From Oculina patagonica (lineage: Eukaryota): a DNA stretch of 64,000 nucleotides. Both the position numbers and the translations under genes were made by a program. This document shows, one piece after another, positions 52,087-63,301 of this stretch (positions are counted from its first letter, which is position 1; every line of letters starts with the position of its first letter). The notes under the pieces are model-generated. The model had not been told where the DNA came from and searched no databases. It saw only the letters and a list, made by a program, of their open reading frames with translations. The DNA lies in contig NC_135761.1 in the NCBI RefSeq assembly GCF_052425735.1, forward strand, positions 63,364,001 through 63,428,000, written 5' to 3'.

Positions 52087-53202
52087 TTATCTTACTTTAG
52101 AAACGTCAATAAGCCAGTTATTTATCATTACTTCCTTTGCTGTATCAAAATCTTTGCACATCTTAGACGCAAAGCTTTCATTGAGTTCCAAATTTTCGCG
52201 ACAAAATTCTACGTTACACCCCAGCTGCCTTCGAGCGAATGTATCAAGGGGACTGGGACTAAGTTCCTGTTTTTCATTGTTAAGTTTACAATAATTAATA
52301 ACTTTACAGACGTGGCGTGGCATTTTGGAGTCAAGATCTGCGAAAGGCTTCACTTGCTTCCTGTCTGTCAACCTTTCTGTCCTAGCAAATGTTGCCCCCT
52401 TGCTAACTTCTAACATACAATCGGAGAATTTTTCGTTACTTCTTTCTTGATTTCCGTTGTTGTCTTCTTCGTAATACTCTTTCATCAGTTGGGTTTTCAG
52501 AGTATCGTCGCTGCATTCTCCCTCGCGGTCAGTTGGCCACTTCAATTTAGTGCCAGGAAAGTCAACTGTAAAATTGTCAATAGTGATTGTTATGGGTTTC
52601 GAACGATTTTCTGTGCATCCTTCGCGTTTACCTGCATTAGTCCTTTCACTGCTTGAAGACCCATGCCACTCACCTCTGAACTTGCGTCGTCGAAATGCAA
52701 GCACTGTATGGTGGCCTTTGTCCCTGGAGGTCGAAGGTGGACAAGGTTGCTTTCTTACTGGCGATACTTCCTCCTGTTCTCCCAATACGTCTCTTCTCTG
52801 CATGCCATTTGCTGTTAGCATCGTCTGTGATTCTAACGTAAGCGTTCTGCGAGAAGAATTTTCTTTGAAGGCCGAAGTTTCATCCAACATATGCAATCTT
52901 TTCAAAGCATCTGGCTTTAGACTGGTTTCGGCAGTTTTGCCTGATGTAGCAGCAACTCGACTCGTTTGGAGGGGAGAGCGTGGATTTGCACTTGCTACGT
53001 GTGATGCCACCAATTTCTCACCTTGCAGCTTTTCAGTAAACCTTGAACAACTTGGCAATTTGAGGTCAAAATCTCCCACAACTGGGAGAGGCAACTGCTT
53101 TCTTTTCTTCGAGACGGGACGTGGCTTCCCCATTGTCTTGTTGCTGGATAAAACACACTTCCAAGTTCGAGGTAACGCCAACCAGATTGTTACCCAACGC
53201 AT
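52087..53202 (-). CDS. Uncharacterised basic/disordered protein (371 aa) with C-terminal KEVMINNWL motif
   Basis: Longest gap-free ORF in the window; ATG at 53200-53202; no domain that I recognise. Confidence 0.7.
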   Translation of the reverse strand: MRWVTIWLALPRTWKCVLSSNKTMGKPRPVSKKRKQLPLPVVGDFDLKLPSCSRFTEKLQGEKLVASHVASANPRSPLQTSRVAATSGKTAETSLKPDALKRLHMLDETSAFKENSSRRTLTLESQTMLTANGMQRRDVLGEQEEVSPVRKQPCPPSTSRDKGHHTVLAFRRRKFRGEWHGSSSSERTNAGKREGCTENRSKPITITIDNFTVDFPGTKLKWPTDREGECSDDTLKTQLMKEYYEEDNNGNQERSNEKFSDCMLEVSKGATFARTERLTDRKQVKPFADLDSKMPRHVCKVINYCKLNNEKQELSPSPLDTFARRQLGCNVEFCRENLELNESFASKMCKDFDTAKEVMINNWLIDVSKVR

Positions 53203-54387
53203 TAGTTTTGGGGCATTTTAAACAGTGACATGATAGAGGATTGTGACACAGTGCTTCATCCAGGTGGCCTGTCATTTTAGTGACAATGACGTAATTCAGT
53301 GCTTTGCATTCAAGATCGTTTCAGATTTTTGCAAACAAAACTTGTTCAACTAAGCAAACAACTTACAGAAAAAGTAAACTTTAATTTCAATGTGCACTGT
53401 TCGCGTGTTTAAGCACACCACAGTAATACACAACACAAAAGCTTTTAAATTTTTAACAAATCGTTAGCGTTTTTTGGAGTTAGAAATTCATCTTTGTAAA
53501 TCCAGGAATCAGATTGTTGTCAATAATTCACCGGTCCTAGCCAGCCTAGCGTGTTTCATTACAGTGAAATTCGGTTGCTGCTGTATAAAGTGTCAGTATG
53601 TTTAAACACTCTTAGTATGCAATGATGGATTGTGTGTAAAGTGACAATCGTTATTAGTATTTTTACTTGCGAACTTCCGTTGAAGCGAAAGACAAATGCT
53701 TCAAAGAGCGATTCAGCGCCGCATTTCATCCAAGTGTCAAATGCAGTGCGCGCGGCATTGAACATGTCATGTGATTTTTCCATTCAGTTACCGCAGTTAA
53801 AAACAATTCACTCCACGCACTGTAGCAAGAACATGAAGTCATAAAAAATAAAAGTTGAAATTGAAGTTATACCGCTACGAAATATTAACTGTACATTCAA
53901 ATCAGTCAGGATTTTTTTGTTTTTGTATGTAGATAGGATTGATTTATTAGCTATAAAGCTGAATGGCTATGTTTTATTAGATGTGACTTGGTTGTAATTA
54001 TAAAGCATGGTTGATGCACAATTGCGCAAGATCGTTTATTCTTCGAGTTAAAGTGTCCACATTTTTAACATTTCAACGAAAGAATTATCATTTGGACTAA
54101 AAGGACAAACATCTTAACCACCTTTCCCAAGTTGGATATTTAAATTCTTTAGGAATACTGATTGCCACAAATTTCTCTTCCTGTTTGTTTGAAAAAAATT
54201 GTTCGGCTCGGCATAAAACAATCAGCCCTATCATTTATGTATACGAAAGGGGTACCTTTTCTGTCAAAATGGCATTTTAAAGGGTAACGGGATGGACCTC
54301 GGTGCAAAGACTCCCCGTATAAAACTTCTTTGCGCAGCTACCCCGTCGGGTTTCGTCAATTGAAACGGATGACAAAAACGATCATAA

Positions 54388-54928
54388 GGGCCTGTTTACA
54401 AGCAGGTAGGGTAACCCTAGGTGCTAGGGTTACCCTAGCAAGAGGGTTAGAAGATAGCCCGGGTTTACAAGCAAAATTCGCAGGTAGGGTAACCCCACTT
54501 ACCCGGGTCAACTTACACCGGTTACGCTTCAGTTAACCTTGTAAAATTTTGTCGTTAGAAACTGTTATTCGAAAATAATTCCGTTCCAGTGCAAAAATAC
54601 GACAAATTGTGAATGAACACGATGTTTCTTGGTCACAATTCGCTGTTTTTGTCGGTATTTTTAAACATATTTAGCTTTTTGGAGCCAAAATAAAGTTGTC
54701 CCGGGGTAGGCGAGTTATCCCTAGCAGAGCGTTTACAAGGCGCTAGGGTTACCCTAGCAGCTAGGGTAACCCTAGCACTCAGCTAGGGTTACCCTAGCTG
54801 CTAGGGTAACCCTAGCGCCTTGTAAACACGTCGATGAAAAAAAGAAGAAATGTGGGAGCGCTAAGGTAACCCTAGGTGCTAGGGTAACCCTATGTGCTAG
54901 GGTTACCCGCCTCCTTGTAAACAGGCCC
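54388..54928. mobile_element. PIF/Harbinger (Tourist-like) MITE
   Basis: TIR GGGCCTGTTTACAAG ... CTTGTAAACAGGCCC; TAA TSD at 54385-54387 and 54929-54931; internal CTAGGGT(A/T)ACCCTAG palindromes. Confidence 0.9.
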
Positions 54929-55157
54929 TAAGAGAAGGAAGTCGGAATATCGTGATGAAATGGGGGTGCTAATGACGAATAAAAACCACTTACAACCAGT
55001 TTGTTCCCGCTTTTTTTAATGTACTGAACTTATTTCCATGCCATTACATTTATCAGATTCATCACATTAAATGAAACTTGCCGAAGCTCTACTAATCGAA
55101 GAGGACGTAGACATCACAGCAAACTCTCCCGCCGTTGTCAGATTCTGGGCCATTGAC

Positions 55158-58092
55158 CAGTTCGGATGTATTCCAATTCTGGAAGAAAGCGTGACGTCAC
55201 TTTTCTATTGTTCTTGCGAAAATATACAAAAATCGACCAAAATAATAGAGAGAAATTGGTGCCTTATACATAAAGTTGTCTACCAGTCTCTACGCGCAAT
55301 ATCCGGGAACTTTGAGCAGCAATTCCAGTGAAACAAAGATGGATGCCAATTCGGTCGCATTTGGGCGAGAATAGAAGGTTTGGAAACGGCAATTTAAGCA
55401 ACGAAAAGATCGCGGATCGTGGAGACCGCCGCCATGATGGCGGACTTGAAATGTAAGTACCTAGATTTATGTTCTGTTTTCCCTTTGATGGAGAATTTTG
55501 TAGTCAAAGTGAACAATTTTCCTCGAATGTGTCGTTGTTCATTGTTGTTTTTCTAAAGTTTCGTCGCTGGTAACCACCTAGGAAAAATGGTAACACTTTT
55601 TAAAGTTGATCGCTTGGATGCATTCCTTAGTGCGTCGCTTTGATGATGAGCAGAGACCTAAAGTTCGCTCCGATAATAGCGAACGGGGCAAATGTTTTGG
55701 CATTTTTACGGCATTAGTTCGAAATGAAGATTCGTTTAAGCACATCTGAAGGTGTGAAAAAATCATTCAGAGTACAGGGACTTGGTTTTTACTTTTTCTA
55801 CTTCGAAATGAACTTGAAAGTGTTTTTCAAATCGCTGGTTTAAAGTTTACTGATGAGTATATTTCATGCTCCTTGTTAAATGTTGTTACGTTTGTGTTGA
55901 TTCTCTCCACTGAAATGGAATGGAGAATCATTCTCAAATTGTAGAGAACTACATGTAGAACTCTTGGCGCATATAACATGCAGACTCTTCCAACAGCAAA
56001 TATCCCTACTGTGGCAACAAAATGTGGCTAATAAAGGGCTGAAAATGTTAAAGAAGGAGGGGAGATGTATGTGCAGATTGGCTTGCAAAAAAATTTAAAA
56101 AAAAATGTGCAAGAGGGGTAGCAACAAGATGAATTGCCATTTTAATTTTTATCATTTTTTCCAGTGCTCTCTGATAAGTTATTGCAGGCCATTATATGCA
56201 TGTTAGGGACAGGGCAGTAAAATTTCTTGTTTAGTGAATATAGTCTCTGGGTTGTGTGCCACTTATTGTTTGAGAGGTTGCCTATTTACCGAGTTAGGAT
56301 TTTGAGTTGGATTTTGAGTTAGGATTTCCAGTTGGATTTTCGAGTTGCTTACCGTACTCAACACTAAGGTTAGCCGACTACGCACGCCAGTTAGCCTACT
56401 ATGCACTCCGGTTAGCCTACTATACACTCCGGTTAGCCTACAATACACGCCGGTTAGCCTACTATACACTCCGGTTAGCCTACTATACACTCCGGTTAGC
56501 CTACTATGCACTCCGGTTAGCCTACTATACACGCCGGTCCGCCTACTATGCACTCCTGTTAGCCTTCTACACACTAGTACTCCTGTCAGCCTACTATTCA
56601 CTTTGGTTAGCCTACTTTGCACTCCGGTAAGCCAATTTAAGTTTGGCTTTCATTAATTGTAATGGGTTTTGCTTTGTCAAAAAAAAAATCCTGACTCGAA
56701 AATCCTAACTCGAAAATCCAACTTGAAAATCCAACTCGAAATTCTTACTCGAAAATCCAACTCGAAAATCCAACTCGAAATCCTAACTCGGTTGTTAGTC
56801 TGTCTCAAGTCTTTTCACAAAGCTTTTTTCTAACTTTGTATCAATGTATAACAATTCATTGTTGTTTTTATATTACTATTTTTGTTTATAAAGTTGAGTG
56901 TTTTTAAAAGTCCATTCATTCCTTCAGAACTAAAAATGAGGTCAATATATGCTCAGTTATGAGTGCAAGTTAAAGTTAAAACTGTTTTTGTGATTTGTTT
57001 GTAGGTGGATGGAGGAACAAAGAGGAAAAAGGAATTGTAAACTATTGTTGTTGAATAAAACACCAGTGTCCTGACACATTCAAAACGAAAATACTTTCTT
57101 CTCTCACGTGTGCAGTTTAATGTAGACAACAAGAGCAAATTTGCTATTCCCAGACTTAAATGAACTGAATTACAACCAAGGATTTTTCAATTTGTAGTCG
57201 AAAAAGACCCTCTTGGACACTCTGGAATCTGTGAAAGAATTTTCAAGAAATATTTTGGTATGGAAAATGTTCTGCTGGCATGAACATAAAGATTTTTTCA
57301 TGTTCTTTACCCTTTGGTAATAACTTGTATATTAGCACAGAATCGAATTCTTTCGGTTAAGAGGGGAATAATTCGTAGCTGCAAAACAATTTCAATGACC
57401 AACATTTATTGTACCACCATGACATTTTATTATTGATTAAAGCATCGGTAAATAAGACTCCAACACTGGAAGTAAACTGCATTTTTAATATCAAGCTCTT
57501 TTGCTCCTTTTCTGGCCGGGCAATACAATGTACAAGATATAAACCCTAACACAATAATATACATAAAAACTACGAACGGGATAAAAGTTTATAATAGTCA
57601 ACTCAACATGGGCCAAACGAGGTCGGTCAAGAGCGACGCGTTCGCGTTTTAAAAGTCAATCGAATCTCTCGGCAAGATTTGAGCACGTTCAACGTCGAGA
57701 AAAGCGCAAGAGTTTCGAGAGAGAGCGGGATTTTAGGCAAAACGCGAGCAAAAGTCTGTTGACAAAATTAATTTTCCTCGATATGTTCGCGCTTACATGA
57801 TTAAAGATTAAATAAAACGGAGGACTTACGAGAAGAGACAGCGAACTACCGTCAATTTTATGGAGGTAAGAAGCTTGTTTATATCGTCAAAGCCTCGACC
57901 ACGATGAAGAAGAAGTCTGCGGCATGAAATTTATAAAAAAATCGATATATACTTTCCTTGTGGTTGTCCGCCATCTTGAATTTGCTACCGCGAAACATGT
58001 TATGAAATGCGATCCACTGTTTTGATCAGTGGCGTTTCGTGACGTAAAACAATTGTTTTCGTTTCTTCCAGAAATGGAATCCAACCGAGCTG
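55158..58092. mobile_element. Non-autonomous DNA transposon, 2935 bp, with CAG...CTG termini and a 5-bp TSD
   Basis: 31-bp TIR: CAGTTCGGATGTATTCCAATTCTGGAAGAAA vs the right-end reverse complement CAGCTCGGTTGGATTCCATTTCTGGAAGAAA (4 mismatches). TTGAC at 55153-55157 and 58093-58097. Removing the element restores the host reading frame. Confidence 0.88.
56288..56792. repeat. 21-bp minisatellite (~12-13 copies) flanked by inverted 12/13-bp repeat arrays (nested MITE-like)
   Basis: CCGGTTAGCCTACTATACACT units at ~56368-56633. ACCGAGTTAGGATTT... at 56288 is mirrored by ...AAATCCTAACTCGGT ending at 56792. Confidence 0.85.
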
Positions 58093-58820
58093 TTGACCAA
58101 ATCCTGGCTGTACCACAGGCGCAACTCCTGGTCAGCGGTCACCGCAATAGGATCATCGGAAAACCTTGTCAGGACCAATTCAGGGTACTCGGAGTTATAC
58201 CCGGCGACGTAAGACCACCCATTGTCGAAGGCTAACTCTTTTGGCGGCAGCAGGATGGTATTAGCTACGGTTGTTATGGTAATGCCGACATAATTTCTCG
58301 TGACACTTTCAAGACCGCATCCACAGGGAGACCAGTAATTGGTTCGGCCGGCAAGACAGGAGACGTAGCCGTACAAGTGGACAAGCTTCATCTTCCTGAT
58401 GTTTCCACCAGATATAACTTTACTGAGTGCCAAACTGGCTGTCCTTTGCGCCAAAACACACCGGAGCAGTATTTATCTTGCGAAATGGATCTGAAGAATA
58501 ATCAAAAGCCCTCTGGGCTTAGTGTCTCGTGTCACTTTTTAGAGCTTATTTAAAAAATCGGTCCGCGATGCGTACGTGTGGGGGCTTGATAATTTCAAAT
58601 TTGATTCTTCTTTTTTGTGAATTCATTTAGTACATTCAATTACCTTAAGGCTGCTATTTATTGCGGCCAATAATCTTTGTGATTTTTTGCAAATTCATTC
58701 CTTGAAAATTTATGAGCAGCAGGTGATTCAAACATTTCTTTGATGCACATGATAACAGATAAACAGCGGAATGTCTATTACATTGATATACAATATTTTC
58801 GCCCTTACGTCATTAAGAAT

Positions 58821-58945
58821 GTAAGCGTAGCGCAGTTGGGTAGGTTGGGTAGGCATCTGACTGGGGAACGAGAGGTCGCCAGAGGCCCGAGTTCGAATCC
58901 CAGAGAGGACAATTTTTTTCTTTTTTCCTTTTTTTTTTCTTTTTT
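58821..58945 (+). mobile_element. tRNA-derived SINE head or pseudo-tRNA
   Basis: A-box TAGCGCAGTTGG (58828-58839), B-box GAGTTCGAATCC (58889-58900) and downstream T-runs. No acceptor stem, and a 9-nt internal duplication. Confidence 0.6.
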
Positions 58946-61489
58946 AACCAGTAGCACTAAAATGGTTTGTTTATTATATCGCTCCGTAGGTATGCATTGC
59001 AGAATAATTTACATATATCAGAACATATAGCCATATAGACTGATTCAAGTACAAATGTATTAAATAGTGCTGTTTCTGCGGCTTTCAATATTGGCTTGCG
59101 TAAGCGTAAAAGCTCCTCTTGAATTGATGTGCAACCTGCACAGACTTCCAGTCAAACGAAATGTTGGCTAGTATGACTTCGTGAGCTGCTGTAATGACGA
59201 GCAACTAAAAGGACAGCTCAGTGAAATCAAAGAAACCACACGAAACGTACAACACGCCAAAATCCAATATGGCCTACTCGACACGCACCGCCGACTCATC
59301 CCCAGGCTCTCTCGCAGAAGACCACGTGACACAAGCAAACCCACACACAAATAAATAAATCCCGCAGTCGATAACAATGTGGCGGCTTTGCCCCCACAAA
59401 AAGAGATCGCTTTTCACGTCTATTTATTGCTTGTAAAGTTGATCAGTTATATAACTCCAATAACAGCAGAAAAAGATGACAGACATTGCACTGTATTGCA
59501 CTTTGGTTCACTAAGCATACATTCTACTGTATACTTATACTATGACTTCCATGTGCTTTCTTCACGCTATATTAGATATCGCTTTGGGTGTTTATTCGTG
59601 AACGCTTAGCCTGTTAAGTGATAATGACATGCGAGTGGTGATGATTTTGTTAATTCGTATAACCTCTTCTCCTGATTTTATAGTATTGATATTGTGAGGA
59701 GAAATTTGGTTTTGGTCACTCTTGAGCCGGTCTTAATGTTTTTGTAACGCCAAAGCTACAACGCAGCGGCTGAAGAACGTGTAAATTACAGTCATTTTCT
59801 TCGCTATTTAAATCTACTGAATGAAATATTCTGCTAGGTTCTGCTTAATAGAAAACATTCGATCTTGCTTGACATGTGATTCCGCGCGAACGTACGCAAT
59901 AAACTATGTAGAATATGTAGTAGTGTTTAACTCGCACAAATCTCACTTTTAAAGAGAGACTTTAACTTCTACACAGAGCTTACTATGCTGTACCATAACT
60001 GGTCATAACTTTAAAATGGTTGGGTATTCAATCGAGTAACGATTCAAACGATTCAAACCTTTTGTTCAAACGACATGTGTTATATGTGCAAGATTAACTT
60101 TGACATTCAATCCCGACCAACTAATTGCTTAGATTACAATCCCTCTTTAACCCCGATACAATCTGTTGCCGCGGCTAAATTTAAAAAAAGTTGTCTACAC
60201 AAAGATAAGAACAATGCTTACCGATCGAACAACTGATATTTACATCGTCCTCTCTTTCAGCAACATTTTTACCATATCTGCTATATTCCACGACTGTAAT
60301 CTCTATAAATACAGTTGTTACAGTAAATATCCTGTTGAAACATCCACCATTTTCCTACGCTTGGTAAACAGAAATGATTTTCAACTACTTTCCAAAACTC
60401 TCAAGATAAAATAATAGATATCAAATGAAAGCACGCTATTCTTTAAATTGGCAACGTGAAGCTGTTATTCTGATACATCTCACAATTGCACAAATTAAAA
60501 CTTTACAAGCGACCACAAGACAAGACACTCCAAAGAGATTTTAGAGCTTCATGTTAAAAACTGCTTTTCTCGCTCAATTTAAGTTGCGGTATACTAGCGT
60601 TATATGCACAACAACGACAACGAAAAATTTACAGGCAGGTCCATCTAATGACATCTTGTTGATTATTAGACACTTCTGCTTTTCAGATCCGTTCTAAAAC
60701 TCGTCAATATAATTTCTCTCTTTCGGTTAGTACATTGTATTATGCGTTTGTAATTGGTGTATTTCATTCTTCTTCTACGCGTTTTCTGCTTGAGTTACAA
60801 TTAATTTCATTGATTTTCAGTACAATCTTGTCGGCAAAGGTTAGAATGTTATTTTAAGAACGTAAAACTTGTCTGTATTTTTCTTGATAACTGCTGGCTG
60901 CAGCTCAAATATATCCAAAATTGAAAAGCGTACAGCTAATTTAAAGAAAAAAATGCGTCACATCTACGTGTATTCCTCTTAAGAGCTTCATTCATGCACT
61001 GAAAAGGCTGTTGTCGTCTGTAAAAGTTGTCCATTGTAGCGTGGAATTCACAGCAGGATATATGAAGCTACATGTAGTGCCTCTTGACTCAGGTCAATCT
61101 TCGGGTCAAAAAAATAAAAAACAATGTATGTTTTGCGCTTTAGATTGACATTTCTGCTCTTCAATCCTAAGAAAACTCATCACTGAATAGAATTTCCCTC
61201 TTTCGGTCATACATTGAGTTCTACCTTTACCTCAGAGCCGAGTGTAAACGAGGCTTTGCAAATCGAAAGTGTAAATGTTTCTCTCGATGAATCAGAACCG
61301 CCTGAAAAAAGAAAGGCAAAAAAGTACGACTCCAGACTGGCAGAGTTCTTTTATTGAAATGTGGGAAAAAGTATGGAACAGCACAACGCTAGATTTGAAC
61401 AAACAAACGCCACAGTTGACATTTTTAAAGATTTGGCATCAAAATAATTGTCTTTATCTAATCGTTTATCTTCTGTTATTAAATTGTTG

Positions 61490-61850
61490 TTATTCATGCC
61501 ACAAAGGTCACCCCTTTCAATACAAAGTTGTGCAAAAGTCACGTAGCAATCATAGTCTTTTTTAAGATGCTCGTTTTTTGTTCAACCTTTTTCAACGCAA
61601 TTCTCCAACGAACTTTCAACATGCCAAATGCTCGTTCCACTACAGATCGAAGCGCACCGAACTTTAGGTTTTAAACTTTCGCTGCTCCTGTTTCAGGCGT
61701 CCTCTGTCCGGGTAGGGTTTCACTAGCCAGTTCGTTAGCGGATAGGCACTGTTGCCAGCTAAAAGGGGCCTTATTTCTGTCCCATTTTTATTGCCTGTTA
61801 GACCACTTAAAATTTGCTCGTTTGCTGCAAGTTCAGAAAAAAACGTCATC
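61490..61850 (-). pseudogene. Degenerate PIF/Harbinger (HARBI1-like, DDE_Tnp_4) transposase C-terminal fragment
   Basis: LLAGNSAYPLTNWLVKPYPD...QRKF[fs]NLKFGALRSVVERAFGMLKVRWRI...IAT*LLHNF, with a stop and frameshifts. A possible convergent second-ORF remnant lies on + at ~61300-61400. Confidence 0.85.
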
Positions 61851-63301
61851 TCTTTTTTATAGCGTGCCTGTATTTTTACATAATAAGCCCTTTACAATAA
61901 ATACTCCTAACTTACTGTTTGATAAACCAGCGCTTTAGTTGCGACCTTTGTAAAGAAACAATTATTCTTTGATAACATTTGTTTTGTGATCGGATGCCGC
62001 CGGAATTTCATAACATGGCGGGAAAATTCCGCGGCCTCACAAAGCAAATGTTGACATGGCGGGAAAAATATTGACATGGCGGGAAAATATCCCCCTGTAC
62101 AATTATCTCGTGTCGTCATGACAACGTCGTCATGACGACACGAGACAAAAATGAATTGAACAACGCCATTACTTTAGCTTATCAATGGTGTGATGTCATC
62201 CCAAATTACCTAATTTCGTTAAATTTCTCCGAGACATTCTGTGAAATTCGATATTCTTAATTGACAAATACCGTGCAACTGCGGTAATAAGGTCCTATTT
62301 CGAATATAACAACTAAAAAACTTACAGTAAGGGCACTCGAACCATGAACGCCATGGCTTTATTTTCGCTTTATTTGTACTTTATTTTCACTTATTTTGTA
62401 GTAAATTTTTACATTTTTCCAGAACTAGCCAATCACAGCTGCAAGTCGAAGAAACAGCCGAGACATTTTTTCAACATTATTTTCAAACTGGCGCGTGTTT
62501 TTACACAACGGCGGTACATTAATCCAGAATTTTCCGCGGTCTGCTTCTTACAATATACAGCGGGATATTCAACCAGTGAAACTATCATAATGGCGGTTTC
62601 TGACGGAAATATTTCTTCCTTATTCAATAAAGGACAAGAAACAAATGAAACGCAAGCTATTTAATATTTATTTCGACGGTAAACGTCAAACAACATTTCG
62701 TACACAACGTAACCGTACGATTAGATTTATACTGTTTAAATCTGCTTTGTAATGGAAATCATCAGAGAGATGAGTTATACAAATCACTCAGTACAGTTTA
62801 GTACTTAAAGTATGAGTCTGGCAAATCATATGCCGGCTTCCAATATAATACTCACGCGTTTTTGGCTTACAGTCTGTAGACGGAAAGAAGGCTTCGATGT
62901 CTTTGGATTTCACCCGGGGATTTCACATAGGCTACAGCGAACATGGCCTAAGCCGGCCTCTAGTATTTCCGAATTATGTCGAGAGACGTTCCAGTTTAAG
63001 ACCTAAAGATCGATACTTAAACCATAAGTAAACCTCTAAAGGTTTCAGTTCGGAAGAGTCTCGATGTAGCCATCTTCATTTAACAGCAACAGTCGTGTTT
63101 TCCCACGATGGGGCTATAAATAGCTTGCGTGCAAGAGATTCATGTGGAGATACTACCGAAATCACTAAACTGTTAGCACCCCGGAAAAAACGATCGATCG
63201 CATTTGAATTTTGGGCTTGCTCACGTGACCATTTCGAGCGACCGGATTAGTCACGTGACATTTTCGCGGGTTGGGTTTTGCCTTTCACTCCCGTACGTGT
63301 C

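Larger units (their letters stand above)
55092..58490 (-). pseudogene. Disrupted exon of a cnidarian-expanded ~150-aa Cys/Trp-containing domain
   Basis: Segment 58490-58093 reads DPFRKINTAPVCFGAKDSQFG[frameshift ~58428]SKVISGGNIRKMKLVHLYGYVSC...YWSPCGC...TITTVANTILLP...PELVL...QELRLWYSQDLV. Segment 55152-55092 continues (N)GPESDNGGRVCCDVYVLFD*. Acceptor TTCAG at 58491-58495. Confidence 0.75.

Noticed and set aside
52550-53221. 223-aa + strand ORF (and 28875-29213, 48198-48695 on -)
   Set aside because: Antisense shadows of better-supported coding sequence.
56263-56656. Repetitive ORFs / CRISPR-like array
   Set aside because: A head-to-tail 21-bp minisatellite with no unique spacers, in a eukaryotic context.
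58821-58910. Functional tRNA gene
   Set aside because: A and B boxes are present, but there is no acceptor-stem pairing and there are internal duplications.
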